Shown here piece after piece: positions 27,808 to 36,649 of a stretch of DNA of 64,000 nucleotides. Position numbers and translations under genes: made by a program. A model generated the notes under the pieces. That model did not search any database and was not told where the DNA came from. It saw only the letters and a list, made by a program, of their open reading frames with translations. The stretch spans positions 1-64,000 of the forward strand of contig CBDCCZ010000044.1 of the NCBI GenBank assembly GCA_965215005.1, given 5' to 3'. Source of the DNA: Kofleriaceae bacterium (GTDB lineage Bacteria; Myxococcota_A; Polyangia; Haliangiales; Haliangiaceae). Every line of letters begins with the position of its first letter. Within the stretch, counting starts at the first letter, position 1.

Positions 27808-27828
27808 CGCCCTATCATAGCGTCCGCG

Positions 27829-28995
27829 TTATCGCGGCGCTGTGGCTGCCTGCAGGACTCGATAGAGGTGAGCGGCGCTAGTAGCCCAGTCGCCGCGCGA
27901 TCCCACGGCGGCAATAGCGCCGGGGTCGTAAGGGGTGGTGGCAACGCGCAGGAGAGCTTCTGCAAGCTTGGGCGGATCGCGGGGGGGCGGCATTTCCCCT
28001 AATGCCGGGGTGGCGATAACGTCGGGAACTCCTCCTACCGGTGAGGCGACCACGCGTCGGCCGCACGCCAGCGCTTCGAGGAGGACGTTGGGGGTGCCCT
28101 CGTTCCAGCTGGGCAGGGTCAAAACGTCGCAGGCGGCCATCCAGCGGCCAATTTCTGCGAGCGGGCGAGCGCCGATCAGCCGAACTCGCTCACCGAGCGG
28201 CGCTGCGAGCGCTTCGGCGGCGGCGCGCGCGGGGCCGCTACCGACGATGACGAGGTCGATGTCGGGATTGCGCTCGGCGACGAGCGCAAAGGCGCGAACG
28301 AGGTCGAGCACGCCTTTGTTCTCCTTTAAATTGCCGACATAGAGGATGAGCGGTCGGGCGAGTGCGATGCTTAGCTCGAGGCGCGCGGCGCGGCGGTCGG
28401 CGACGTGAAACAGTGCGGAATCGACGCCGTTGTAGACGAGCTCGATGCGCTCGCGGGCGACTCCGAGCTCGACGGCTAGATCGGCGAGGGCCCGGCTCAC
28501 GGCAACGACGCGGCAAGCTCGAGGGAGCGCCGCTCGCAAGATGCGGCGCGGGCCGGGCAACCGCGCAACGACGTTGAGATCGGAGCCGTGAAGCTTGACC
28601 ACGGCAGGCACTCCCATGGCCGCGGCAAGGCCGATGGCGGCGCAGCCATCGGGATAGGCCCAAGAGCCGAGGACGACATCGACGCGGCCGCGATAGCGAA
28701 AGAGCTCGGGCGCAAGAGAGGCGGCGTAGAGCGGCGCTGCCAAACCGGGCGCGAGCCGCGGCACGTAGAGCGTGCGTGGATGGCGCACCAAGAGCTCGCC
28801 AATGTGCTCGCGGCGCGGCGCCCGAGGGAGGCCCCGAACTCGTCGCGCCAGCTCTTTGCCGGGAAACCACGGAACCGTCGCCAGCACGTCGACCTCGCAG
28901 TGTTGGCGCAACGCGGTGAACTGCTGGCGATTGAACGGCGAGGCGAGCGGTGCGGCGGCGCTGGGAAAGAGCTGCGTAACGATCAGGACGCGCAG
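27829..28995 (-). CDS. Glycosyltransferase family 4 (TuaC-like); start codon uncertain
   Basis: LRVLIVTQLFP, WAYPDG, LHGSDL, YVGNL..NKG, PSWNEGTPNVLLEALACG. No in-frame ATG/GTG/TTG between the STAS stop (29087) and the domain start, so coordinates give the domain core. Confidence 0.85.
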   Translation of the reverse strand: MRVLIVTQLFPSAAAPLASPFNRQQFTALRQHCEVDVLATVPWFPGKELARRVRGLPRAPRREHIGELLVRHPRTLYVPRLAPGLAAPLYAASLAPELFRYRGRVDVVLGSWAYPDGCAAIGLAAAMGVPAVVKLHGSDLNVVARLPGPRRILRAALPRACRVVAVSRALADLAVELGVARERIELVYNGVDSALFHVADRRAARLELSIALARPLILYVGNLKENKGVLDLVRAFALVAERNPDIDLVIVGSGPARAAAEALAAPLGERVRLIGARPLAEIGRWMAACDVLTLPSWNEGTPNVLLEALACGRRVVASPVGGVPDVIATPALGEMPPPRDPPKLAEALLRVATTPYDPGAIAAVGSRGDWATSAAHLYRVLQAATAPR

Positions 28996-29086
28996 CGGGC
29001 GCTTGCCTTGCGTCGGCGGCTCAGGAGCGTGACCGCTGCGTGTTTGGCTGTGGATGACGGCTCCGATGACAAACGAAGCGTCGGTT

Positions 29087-29392
29087 TTAGATCTGAAACA
29101 CGCGGTCCATACGCAGCAGCTTGAAGATCGCGAGCGGCTGGTCGCGAGCACCAATCACGGTGACGTTGCCGCCAACGGCGCGAATGCGCTTGTAGAGACC
29201 CACGAGCGCGGCGACACCGGAGCTGTCGATGAGATCGAGCCCCTCGAGGTCGACGACCACCTTGGAGAGCTTTTCGTCGACGAGCTTGTCGATGGTGGGC
29301 ACCAACTCTGGAGCGGTCATCACATCGAGGTTGCCCTTGATGCGCAGGAAGGTCGTATCGCCTTTGTCTTGTCTGGAGAACTCGATCGGCAC
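29087..29392 (-). CDS. STAS-domain anti-sigma-factor antagonist (RsbV/SpoIIAA-like)
   Basis: IKGNLDVMTAP, VVVDLEGLDLIDSSGVAAL (phospho-Ser motif); GAGG RBS before GTG 29392. Confidence 0.9.
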   Translation of the reverse strand: MPIEFSRQDKGDTTFLRIKGNLDVMTAPELVPTIDKLVDEKLSKVVVDLEGLDLIDSSGVAALVGLYKRIRAVGGNVTVIGARDQPLAIFKLLRMDRVFQI

Positions 29393-29479
29393 GTCGCTAA
29401 CCTCTAAGGAACCATGGTCCCACGAAATCACTGGCAAGAGTCATGAAAGCAACATCTGCGTCGATCGTCGCCGATGGTC

Positions 29480-29986
29480 TCACGATGTAACGGCAGAGCC
29501 TTTGGGGGTGTGCGTATGATCGCCCGCTGAACGAAGATGCTTCGTGAGCCGCCATACGTTAGGTGGTCCGGCTTCATACACGACGACATCCACCAACGCC
29601 TTCGCGATGTGTATCCCCATTCCGCTCTCCGGCAAGGTCTCGAGCTCGGGAGCCGGAACCGCGGCGAGGTCGAACGAGAGGCCGGTGTCGCGGATCTCGA
29701 TGGTGATGGAGTCGCGGGTCGGCATGAGCGTCATTTCGATGGCGCCTAAGCCTTTTCGTTCGTACGCGTGAATGACGATGTTGTTGAAGATTTCGCTGAA
29801 GGCCGACACCATTTCGGCGTCGAAACGATCACGGAGATCGATGGCGTCACCCGGCTGCGCCGAGTGGCCATCCACGGTGCCGCGCTCGCCGACGAGCTTG
29901 CAAACCTCGCTCACTGTCCGCACCGCGACGTCCCGATAGCGCAGTCGCCCAGGCACCACGAGGCGAATGATCGGCGGGTTCGACAT
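29480..29986 (-). CDS. RsbW/SpoIIAB-like anti-sigma factor Ser kinase (HATPase)
   Basis: AFSEIFNNIVIHAY (N box), IRDTGLSFD (G1), ESGMGIHI (G2). Confidence 0.85.
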   Translation of the reverse strand: MSNPPIIRLVVPGRLRYRDVAVRTVSEVCKLVGERGTVDGHSAQPGDAIDLRDRFDAEMVSAFSEIFNNIVIHAYERKGLGAIEMTLMPTRDSITIEIRDTGLSFDLAAVPAPELETLPESGMGIHIAKALVDVVVYEAGPPNVWRLTKHLRSAGDHTHTPKGSAVTS

Positions 29987-30038
29987 CGCTGCTCGAGCAT
30001 AACAGAGGCAAGAATCTCTGTGTTAACGTCACTTCGCA

Positions 30039-30770
30039 GTGCGTCCATCGGTTCGGATAGCAAAGCGTCTCCTCGATGTCGTCGCGTCGACGACTGGGCT
30101 GGTGGTAACGGCTCCGCTGTACCCGGTCATTGCCGCGGCCATCTATCTCGACTCGCCCGGTCCCATTTTCTACCGCCAACGCCGCGCCGGCACGTTGCGC
30201 GAGGTGGTTATCGAGAACGGCACTCGGAAGATCCTTTTCGAGACGTTCCATATGCACAAGTTCCGCACCATGGTGACCGATGCGGAGAAATTCTCAGGTG
30301 CGGTGTTTGCCGACAAGGACGACCCGAGGGTCACCCGCATCGGCAGGTTCTTGCGCAAGTCGCGGCTCGACGAACTGCCGCAATTTTGGGATGTGCTGCG
30401 AGGAACCATGAGCTTGGTGGGACCGCGTCCCGAGCGTCCCGAGCTCATCGAGCAGCTGGCATTCGCCATTCCACTCTTCGAAGAGCGGATGCGCGGCATG
30501 AAGCCGGGCATCACCGGACTGGCTCAAGTGTCTCTTGGATATCTCGGCGATATTCCGCCGGGCAGTGAAATCGCCAAGCTGGCGGCCACCATACAAAATC
30601 CCTTCAAGCTCGAAGAAGCGGAAGGCGCCGTGGCGGACGATATGCGCATCAAGCTGCTCTACGACTTGGCATATTCGGCCAGTCTCGAGCGCTTCACGAC
30701 CTTTCTGCTGACCGAGCTTGGCATCATCCTCAAGACGCCGCTGGTGATGATCAAAGCCGCCGGGCGGTAA
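30039..30770 (+). CDS. Priming phosphoglycosyltransferase (bacterial sugar transferase, short monotopic type)
   Basis: KRLLDV, DSPGPIFYRQ.R, KFRTM, DDPRVTRIGRFLRKSRLDELPQ, MSLVGPRPE, KPGITGLAQV. Confidence 0.93.
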   Translation: MRPSVRIAKRLLDVVASTTGLVVTAPLYPVIAAAIYLDSPGPIFYRQRRAGTLREVVIENGTRKILFETFHMHKFRTMVTDAEKFSGAVFADKDDPRVTRIGRFLRKSRLDELPQFWDVLRGTMSLVGPRPERPELIEQLAFAIPLFEERMRGMKPGITGLAQVSLGYLGDIPPGSEIAKLAATIQNPFKLEEAEGAVADDMRIKLLYDLAYSASLERFTTFLLTELGIILKTPLVMIKAAGR

Positions 30771-30809
30771 GACCCGTAGCAACCACTCTCGTGACGCGCA
30801 CGCGAGCGG

Positions 30810-31406
30810 TCATGGGATATAGATGGAGTCGCCCGACAAGATGATGATGTTCATCTCGGGGTTGCTGCCATCGGCGATGAAGGTGTAGGCGATGGGGATG
30901 CGGCGGATCTGGCCGGATTTTGGGTCTTGCCGCATCAGCACGACCTCATTGCGCTTGGCAAATCGCGTAAACCCACCGGCGAGCGCGATGGCCTCGGCGA
31001 CGGTTAAGTAGTGGTTGGCGGTGAAGATGCCGGGAGAGTTGGCCTCGCCGCTGACGGTGAAACGATAGCTGTTGGCGGCGGTTACCGCCACGGTGACCGG
31101 CGAGCCTTCGAGCTTGATGAAGCTCGAAAGCTTGACGCGAATCTTTTCTTTCAGTGACGTTGGCGTCTCGCCAGCGGCTTGCAAGTCGCCAATGAGCGGC
31201 ATCGTGATGGTGCCGTCAGGACGAACCAGCGCTTCGCCCGAGAGCGCTGGGTTGTTCCACACGTTGATGAGAAGCTGATCGCTCACGCCAATGATGTACT
31301 CGCTCGTCCTCGGGTCGGGTTCGGTGGTGTAGTCATAGCCGGGGGCGCGGGGACCGCAGGCGCTCGCAGCGCCGATGACGGCAGCGAGGGAGAGGATGCG
31401 AAGCAT
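30810..31406 (-). CDS. wza: Short OPX/Wza-family polysaccharide export lipoprotein
   Basis: Lipobox ASA-C; YIIGVSDQL, VRPDGTITMPLIG (PES motif); SLBB AIALAGGFT; ends SGDSIYIP without a C-terminal amphipathic helix. Confidence 0.9.
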   Translation of the reverse strand: MLRILSLAAVIGAASACGPRAPGYDYTTEPDPRTSEYIIGVSDQLLINVWNNPALSGEALVRPDGTITMPLIGDLQAAGETPTSLKEKIRVKLSSFIKLEGSPVTVAVTAANSYRFTVSGEANSPGIFTANHYLTVAEAIALAGGFTRFAKRNEVVLMRQDPKSGQIRRIPIAYTFIADGSNPEMNIIILSGDSIYIP

Positions 31407-31533
31407 GTGAGTCACGGTGAATCCTGAAGTAGTGCAAGCAGGGCGAGAGACGCTGCGTAAGGCCGTCAACGCAATGTCTGCTAGTTCGAGCCGGTGCGCA
31501 AGCTGCCGCCCACGTGGCTTGATGCGCTCAGGT

Positions 31534-32772
31534 TCACTGCCAACCGGTGTAGGTGAGGCCGAGGGTCCCGACCAGCGCCTGGTCGACCGCGCCACCGGCG
31601 ACGCGCATGTCACCGGGCTCGGGGTTGAGCGTATAGACGTGCCGATGCAGCGCGCCGGCTGTGTAAACGGACAGGTGAGCAGCCAAGGCGAGTCGCAGGG
31701 TTCCCTCGACGAACACGCCGCTGGCATCCAAGCGGGGAAACCAGTTCATCTGCTCGACCTCGCCGGTGTCGCTGACGAATTGGTAAGCGCCGCGAAGCTC
31801 CGTAGATACGGGGCCAAAGAGGGGCGCCTCGAGGCCGAGTCCGACGAAGAGTTGCTTGTACGCAACGTTGGGAATCGCAGGCCGCGCGTCACCGTCGTCG
31901 GCGTCGTAGACGGTGAACGCGCGTTGTCCATAGCCCGCGTTCACTGCAACGGCGGCGGCGCCCAGCGGTTGTCGGAATGCGAGTCCGAGCTGCCACGCAT
32001 CGGCGCGCGTGGGGAAGCTGCCCTCGCTCGTGGTGTCGGTTTCGAAGGCAATGGGAGCTTCCCAGTCGAACGTGATCCCGATACGGCCCAGTGGCGAATC
32101 GGTGTAGCTTGCCGCGGGAAACCACTCAGCGCGTAGCGACAGGACCGGCGCCATCCCGAGCTCATAGCGGTTCAGACTGTCGAGAACGTCGTCTTCGTAT
32201 TTGAACGTGCGAGTGAACACGCCGGCGCCGACCTGCAGTCGAACGGGCGCGCTGCCGGTTGCGCCAGTGGCGGGGTCTGTGGTTGCAGCGACCTCGGTGA
32301 GCTCGCTGGGCTCGTCCACGGCGACGGGCTCGGCCTCGGTCGGTTCAGGCGTAGGCTCGGGGGTCGGCTCCGGAACGGGCTCGGGCTCGGCGGGACGCGC
32401 TTTTTCGATGGCGCTGCCGAGGCGTCGCCACAAGGTCCGTTCGATCCCGCGTGCGAGAGTGGCTTCGTTGCGAGCGCGAAACTGATGCTCACCCAGCGAG
32501 TCGCCGCTCTTGGTATCGATGATCGTGACGGTGGCCCGCCATCGACGACGCTTGTCAGTCACTACCGCCCGAACTTCAGCGGAGGCGTCGCTCTCTACCA
32601 GCGTTACCTCACTCTGCTCACGAAGCGCTGCTTCGATGGCGGCGCGAACGCGTTTCTCTGGCCCTTTGATGCGACCGATGGCGACTGGAGTGGGTGAGGG
32701 CTGCGCTAAAACTTCGCGCTGAGAAGACACGAGCACTGCACAGAACAGCGCGATTACTAGGAAGGGGCGCAT
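31534..32772 (-). CDS. Putative outer-membrane beta-barrel protein with N-terminal domain and Pro/Glu/Thr linker
   Basis: AGGAG RBS, signal peptide, linker PEPVPEPTPEPTPEPTE, C-terminal amphipathic strands ending GTLGLTYTGWQ. Confidence 0.55.
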   Translation of the reverse strand: MRPFLVIALFCAVLVSSQREVLAQPSPTPVAIGRIKGPEKRVRAAIEAALREQSEVTLVESDASAEVRAVVTDKRRRWRATVTIIDTKSGDSLGEHQFRARNEATLARGIERTLWRRLGSAIEKARPAEPEPVPEPTPEPTPEPTEAEPVAVDEPSELTEVAATTDPATGATGSAPVRLQVGAGVFTRTFKYEDDVLDSLNRYELGMAPVLSLRAEWFPAASYTDSPLGRIGITFDWEAPIAFETDTTSEGSFPTRADAWQLGLAFRQPLGAAAVAVNAGYGQRAFTVYDADDGDARPAIPNVAYKQLFVGLGLEAPLFGPVSTELRGAYQFVSDTGEVEQMNWFPRLDASGVFVEGTLRLALAAHLSVYTAGALHRHVYTLNPEPGDMRVAGGAVDQALVGTLGLTYTGWQ

Positions 32773-32934
32773 TTGCTGAGAGCTCCTGACGTGCTGGCGG
32801 GCGGAATCGAAGCATACCCTCGACGCCGATGTTGAAGATAGCCGGCTTGCAACCGTCGTTCCGCGAAAGAGGCAATGCGATTGCCGTCGATCTCGCACCA
32901 TCACTCTAGTGAAGAGGTGGTGTGGTGGCGAGTG

Positions 32935-32965
32935 CCCTCACCGGCGGGTGTGCTAGCGGTGAGGG
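32935..32965 (-). terminator. GC-rich hairpin downstream of the TSP3 gene (terminator-like or stabilising)
   Basis: Perfect 9-bp inverted repeat CCCTCACCG/CGGTGAGGG starting 9 nt after the stop at 32975; no U tract. Confidence 0.4.
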
Positions 32966-32974
32966 AACTTAGAT

Positions 32975-33976
32975 CTAAGGATCGAGCTCTCCGCCGAGCG
33001 AAAACACCACGAGGTGCTCGAAGCGGGCACTGGCGCCAAAGGTTTGAAAGCCGACGAACCCAGCGGTTTGAATCGAGTCATCCTTGCCATCGACCACCAC
33101 TGGCATGGCAACGCCTTGCTTACGCACGCTGCAGATTTGCTGTTGCTCCGTTAGGTCTAAACTAAACTTATAGAAGTAGCGCTCATTGGGGGTGACTAAC
33201 CACGGCGCTCGTCCGGTATCGTTCTCGTTGAATCCCGCGCCGCTGAGCTCCGAGGCCGCGACGTAGGCGCTGGGTTGGCCGCCGAGCTGAGTGGAAGCCA
33301 CTTGCGCGCAGACGTATCCAACATCGTCGCCATTGGGCAACTCGCCGAACGCGGCCAGGATTCCAGCTCCTCGCTGCAGGGAGGGATCGCCGGGCGGGGT
33401 TGGTTCGGCTGCGATGGTGGCGTGCAGCGCCACGCGGTTGAAGCTCTGCGCGGCGCCCTTGTTCCAAGCGATGTGTCGAAATGCGCGCTGCACGTCATTC
33501 TGAACGAGAGCGCCGTCTGTAATTACCCAGTCGCCGCTGTAGACGGTCCACGCGGAGAGGTCGCCATTGAACCCTTCGAAAAAGGCGATGGAGTCGCCTT
33601 CGCCACTGGGACGGGGATCGCAGGCGTCGCCGACGCCATCGGGCTGCCCGCCCGCATTGATCTCTCCGACGTCGTTCTGCCCCGGATTGACGACGTGTGG
33701 GCAGTTGTCACAGACGTCGCCTACACCGTCGCTGTCTTCATCGTCTTGGCTGAAGTTCGCGGCATCTGGACAGTTGTCAGCGTCATCGGCGACGCCGTCG
33801 TCATCGCGATCGCGGTCGAGCGCATCTGCCATGCCGGCATCGGCCGCTGGTGGCGCAGCATCCTCTGCGACGCCGGCATCTGAGCCATCGAGCCCGCCGC
33901 CGTCAAAGCTACAGGCCGCTGTCGAGCCCGTTGAGATGACCAACAGGCAGAGTGGGAGCAGGGGTCGTCTCTTCAT
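32975..33976 (-). CDS. Lipoprotein with thrombospondin type-3 (Ca-binding) repeats and a C-terminal beta-sandwich domain
   Basis: Lipobox TAA-C; DRDDDGVADDADNCP..N..Q.DEDSDGVGDVCDNCP...DGVGDACDP; C-terminus GFVGFQTFGASARFEHLVV. Confidence 0.75.
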   Translation of the reverse strand: MKRRPLLPLCLLVISTGSTAACSFDGGGLDGSDAGVAEDAAPPAADAGMADALDRDRDDDGVADDADNCPDAANFSQDDEDSDGVGDVCDNCPHVVNPGQNDVGEINAGGQPDGVGDACDPRPSGEGDSIAFFEGFNGDLSAWTVYSGDWVITDGALVQNDVQRAFRHIAWNKGAAQSFNRVALHATIAAEPTPPGDPSLQRGAGILAAFGELPNGDDVGYVCAQVASTQLGGQPSAYVAASELSGAGFNENDTGRAPWLVTPNERYFYKFSLDLTEQQQICSVRKQGVAMPVVVDGKDDSIQTAGFVGFQTFGASARFEHLVVFSLGGELDP

Positions 33977-34045
33977 AATCGAAGCCGTCAGACTAGCACG
34001 TAGCACCGCTTTTGCAGCTCCTCAGGCCGTGGTAGCACTCACACA

Positions 34046-34975
34046 ATGGCGATTTACGACAGCGTCGTCGACACCGTGGGGCGGACGCCGCTGATCCGAT
34101 TGCGCCGGGTCAGCGAAGAAACCGGCGCCGAGATCGTCGGCAAGATGGAGTCGCGGAACCCGTGTTCTTCGGTCAAAGACCGGATCGGCATCGCCATGAT
34201 TCGCGACGCCGAAGCGCGCGGCATCCTGCGCCCCGGAGCAACGATCGTCGAGCCGACCTCGGGTAACACCGGCATCGCACTCGCGTTCGCCGCGGCGGCG
34301 ATGGGGTATCGGCTCATCATCACGATGCCCGAGAACATGAGCCGTGAGCGCATCGCGCTCCTGCGGCTCTTGGGCGCCGAGGTCATCCTCACCAAGGGCG
34401 GCATGATGCGCGATGCGGTGCAAAAAGCGCAGGAAATCGCTCGCAAGACGGAAGGCGCCGTCATGCTCGATCAGTTCGGCAACGAAGCGAACCCGCGCAT
34501 GCACGAACAGACCACCGCCATGGAGATCTTGGCCGACGTCGAAGGTCGCATCGATGCATTCGTTGCGGGGGTCGGCACCGGCGGCACCATCACCGGTGTC
34601 GGCCGAGTGCTCAAGAAAGAGTTTCCTGCCACGCGCATCATCGCTGTCGAGCCTTCCGACTCAGCAGTGTTGCAAGGCAAGGCGCCGGGGCCGCACTTCA
34701 TCCAGGGCATCGGCGCCGGCTTCATTCCCGATAATCTCGACCGCGAGCTCCTCGATGAGGTCATCGCCATCTCCGAGCGCGCCGCGATCGAGTACGCGCG
34801 CCGATTGGCCCGCGAAGAAGGCATTCTCGCGGGGATATCGTCGGGAGCGGCGGTGGCGGCTGCGGTGCGCGTGGGCCGTCGCGCAGAGATGCAGGGCAAG
34901 CGCATTGTCTGCGTCCTATGCGACACCGGCGAGCGCTATATCTCCACAGCGCTCGCCGAGGACCTGATGAAGTAG
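34046..34975 (+). CDS. cysK: Cysteine synthase A
   Basis: VGRTPL, NPCSSVKDRIG (PLP lysine), EPTSGNTG, GVGTGGT, IQGIGAGF, DTGERYIST. Confidence 0.96.
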   Translation: MAIYDSVVDTVGRTPLIRLRRVSEETGAEIVGKMESRNPCSSVKDRIGIAMIRDAEARGILRPGATIVEPTSGNTGIALAFAAAAMGYRLIITMPENMSRERIALLRLLGAEVILTKGGMMRDAVQKAQEIARKTEGAVMLDQFGNEANPRMHEQTTAMEILADVEGRIDAFVAGVGTGGTITGVGRVLKKEFPATRIIAVEPSDSAVLQGKAPGPHFIQGIGAGFIPDNLDRELLDEVIAISERAAIEYARRLAREEGILAGISSGAAVAAAVRVGRRAEMQGKRIVCVLCDTGERYISTALAEDLMK

Positions 34976-35011
34976 TGCGTGCCCAACCTCGCGAGCTGGG
35001 CACGCATCGCC

Positions 35012-36649
35012 TTACTTGCTAGGCAGTGGCCTACCGTCCGCATCCAGCATGATGAGCTTTGCTTTGCCGAGCTCACCGCTCGAGACGAGCTGCTCGAGCG
35101 CCTGCTTCAGGGTTAGCTGGGTGCCATCCTGCTCGAACGGAACGTCTTTGTCATCGACGCGCGCAATCACCGGAGCAGAGCCGTCACCGACGACGAGGAT
35201 GGCCGCTTCGCCTGGTTTGACGTAACGCTTTGCGGAGCGGTTGACCTGCGCGAGCGTGACCTTCGCAAGTCTGTCCTTAAAGCTATTGTAGTAGTCGAGG
35301 GGAAGCCCGAAGTAGACCAGCTCGCGGTACTTGCCGAGTGCTGCTCGCGAGGTGGCGAACTCGCCCGGCATGGCCAGCATCGTGCCGCTGCGGTCGCGCT
35401 TGAGCTCGGCTTCGTTGATTGGAGCTTCGCCACTGGCCATCGTGTTCATCTCGCGCAGCAGCTCCTTGATGGTCTGATAGGTAGCATCGCTGCGAACCTC
35501 TGTGCGTGCGACGAACGTGCCGTGATCGCGGCGGTAGCCGAGCCCGCCGCGCGCGCCGTACGTGTAGCCCTTGTTCTCGCGCAGGTTCATGTTGATGCGG
35601 CTCGAGAAGCTGTCGCCCAGCGCTTGTGACATGAGCACATTGGCGAAGTAGTCAGGAGACGTTCGCGGCGGCCCTGCATGCATCACGTACACTGCCGATT
35701 GTGCGGCGCCGGGAACGTCGACGAAAAACAGCTTGCCCGGCATCGCCCGCGCGGCGCCTAGCTTGGCGCGGCGTGGCGCTTTACCGGTCCACCCCTCGAT
35801 GTTGCCGAAGGCCTGGCGCACCGCTGCTTCGGTCATGTTGCCGACGATGAACAGCCGCGCTCCGCCGGGTTTGATCTCTTGGGAGTGATACTGCTTGCAG
35901 TCATCGACGGCCAGGAGCTTTAGCGAATCGTCGGTAATGACGCGGCCAAACGGATGTTTGGGCCCGAAGAGAACTACTTCGGAGACACGCGAGGCCAATG
36001 AGGCTGGCGAGGACTTTTCCTCCTTTAGCGCCTCCAGACTGCGCTTGATGAGGCGGTCGAACTCTTCTTGTCGAAAAGCGGGATTCTTGAGGGTATCGAT
36101 GAACAGCGCCAGCGTGGTGTCGAAGTGCTTGCTGAGCGTGTTCATGGTGACGCTCTTGGTCTCCGCGCCCGCTCCACTCGAAACACTGGAGGCGACATCG
36201 GCGAGAGCTTCTTTGTAGGCAATCTTATCGAGTGACTGCGTGCCTTCGGTGAGCATCTGCATGCACACGGCGGCCAAACCCTCCTTGCCCAGTGGATCCG
36301 AAGCGCTGCCGCGCTCGAACGAGAGGGAGGCAGACACCACCGGTAGATCGGACTGCTCGACGAGATAGACTTCAATGCCGTTCTTCAAGCGGAACTGCTT
36401 GACCGGCGGCAGCGAAAACTCCTTGGGCTCACCGCTCTCGGGTTGCTTGGCGCGGAAGTCCTCTTCGGGGAAGGCCAACTCTTGCGGCTGGGGCCCGGGC
36501 CGGGGGGCTGGCTCCGTTTCGCCGCTCTGGCCGCTGTTCGAGCTCTGGGAGTCGGGTGGCATGACGGGCTCGTATTTCTTGTTGGTCGAGGGGCCACACC
36601 CCGCCCCGAGGGCGACGGCGAGACTACTCAGCATGGCGATGCGATTCAC
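35012..36649 (-). CDS. M16 family peptidase, non-catalytic subunit (lipoprotein)
   Basis: Lipobox LGAG-C; LKNGIEVYLV; lacks HxxEH; SRINMNLRENKGYTYG. Confidence 0.88.
   Translation of the reverse strand: MNRIAMLSSLAVALGAGCGPSTNKKYEPVMPPDSQSSNSGQSGETEPAPRPGPQPQELAFPEEDFRAKQPESGEPKEFSLPPVKQFRLKNGIEVYLVEQSDLPVVSASLSFERGSASDPLGKEGLAAVCMQMLTEGTQSLDKIAYKEALADVASSVSSGAGAETKSVTMNTLSKHFDTTLALFIDTLKNPAFRQEEFDRLIKRSLEALKEEKSSPASLASRVSEVVLFGPKHPFGRVITDDSLKLLAVDDCKQYHSQEIKPGGARLFIVGNMTEAAVRQAFGNIEGWTGKAPRRAKLGAARAMPGKLFFVDVPGAAQSAVYVMHAGPPRTSPDYFANVLMSQALGDSFSSRINMNLRENKGYTYGARGGLGYRRDHGTFVARTEVRSDATYQTIKELLREMNTMASGEAPINEAELKRDRSGTMLAMPGEFATSRAALGKYRELVYFGLPLDYYNSFKDRLAKVTLAQVNRSAKRYVKPGEAAILVVGDGSAPVIARVDDKDVPFEQDGTQLTLKQALEQLVSSGELGKAKLIMLDADGRPLPSK

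Noticed and set aside
32330..32395. Short tandem DNA repeats as CRISPR or VNTR
   Set aside because: They encode the PEPT linker of a protein and have no spacers.
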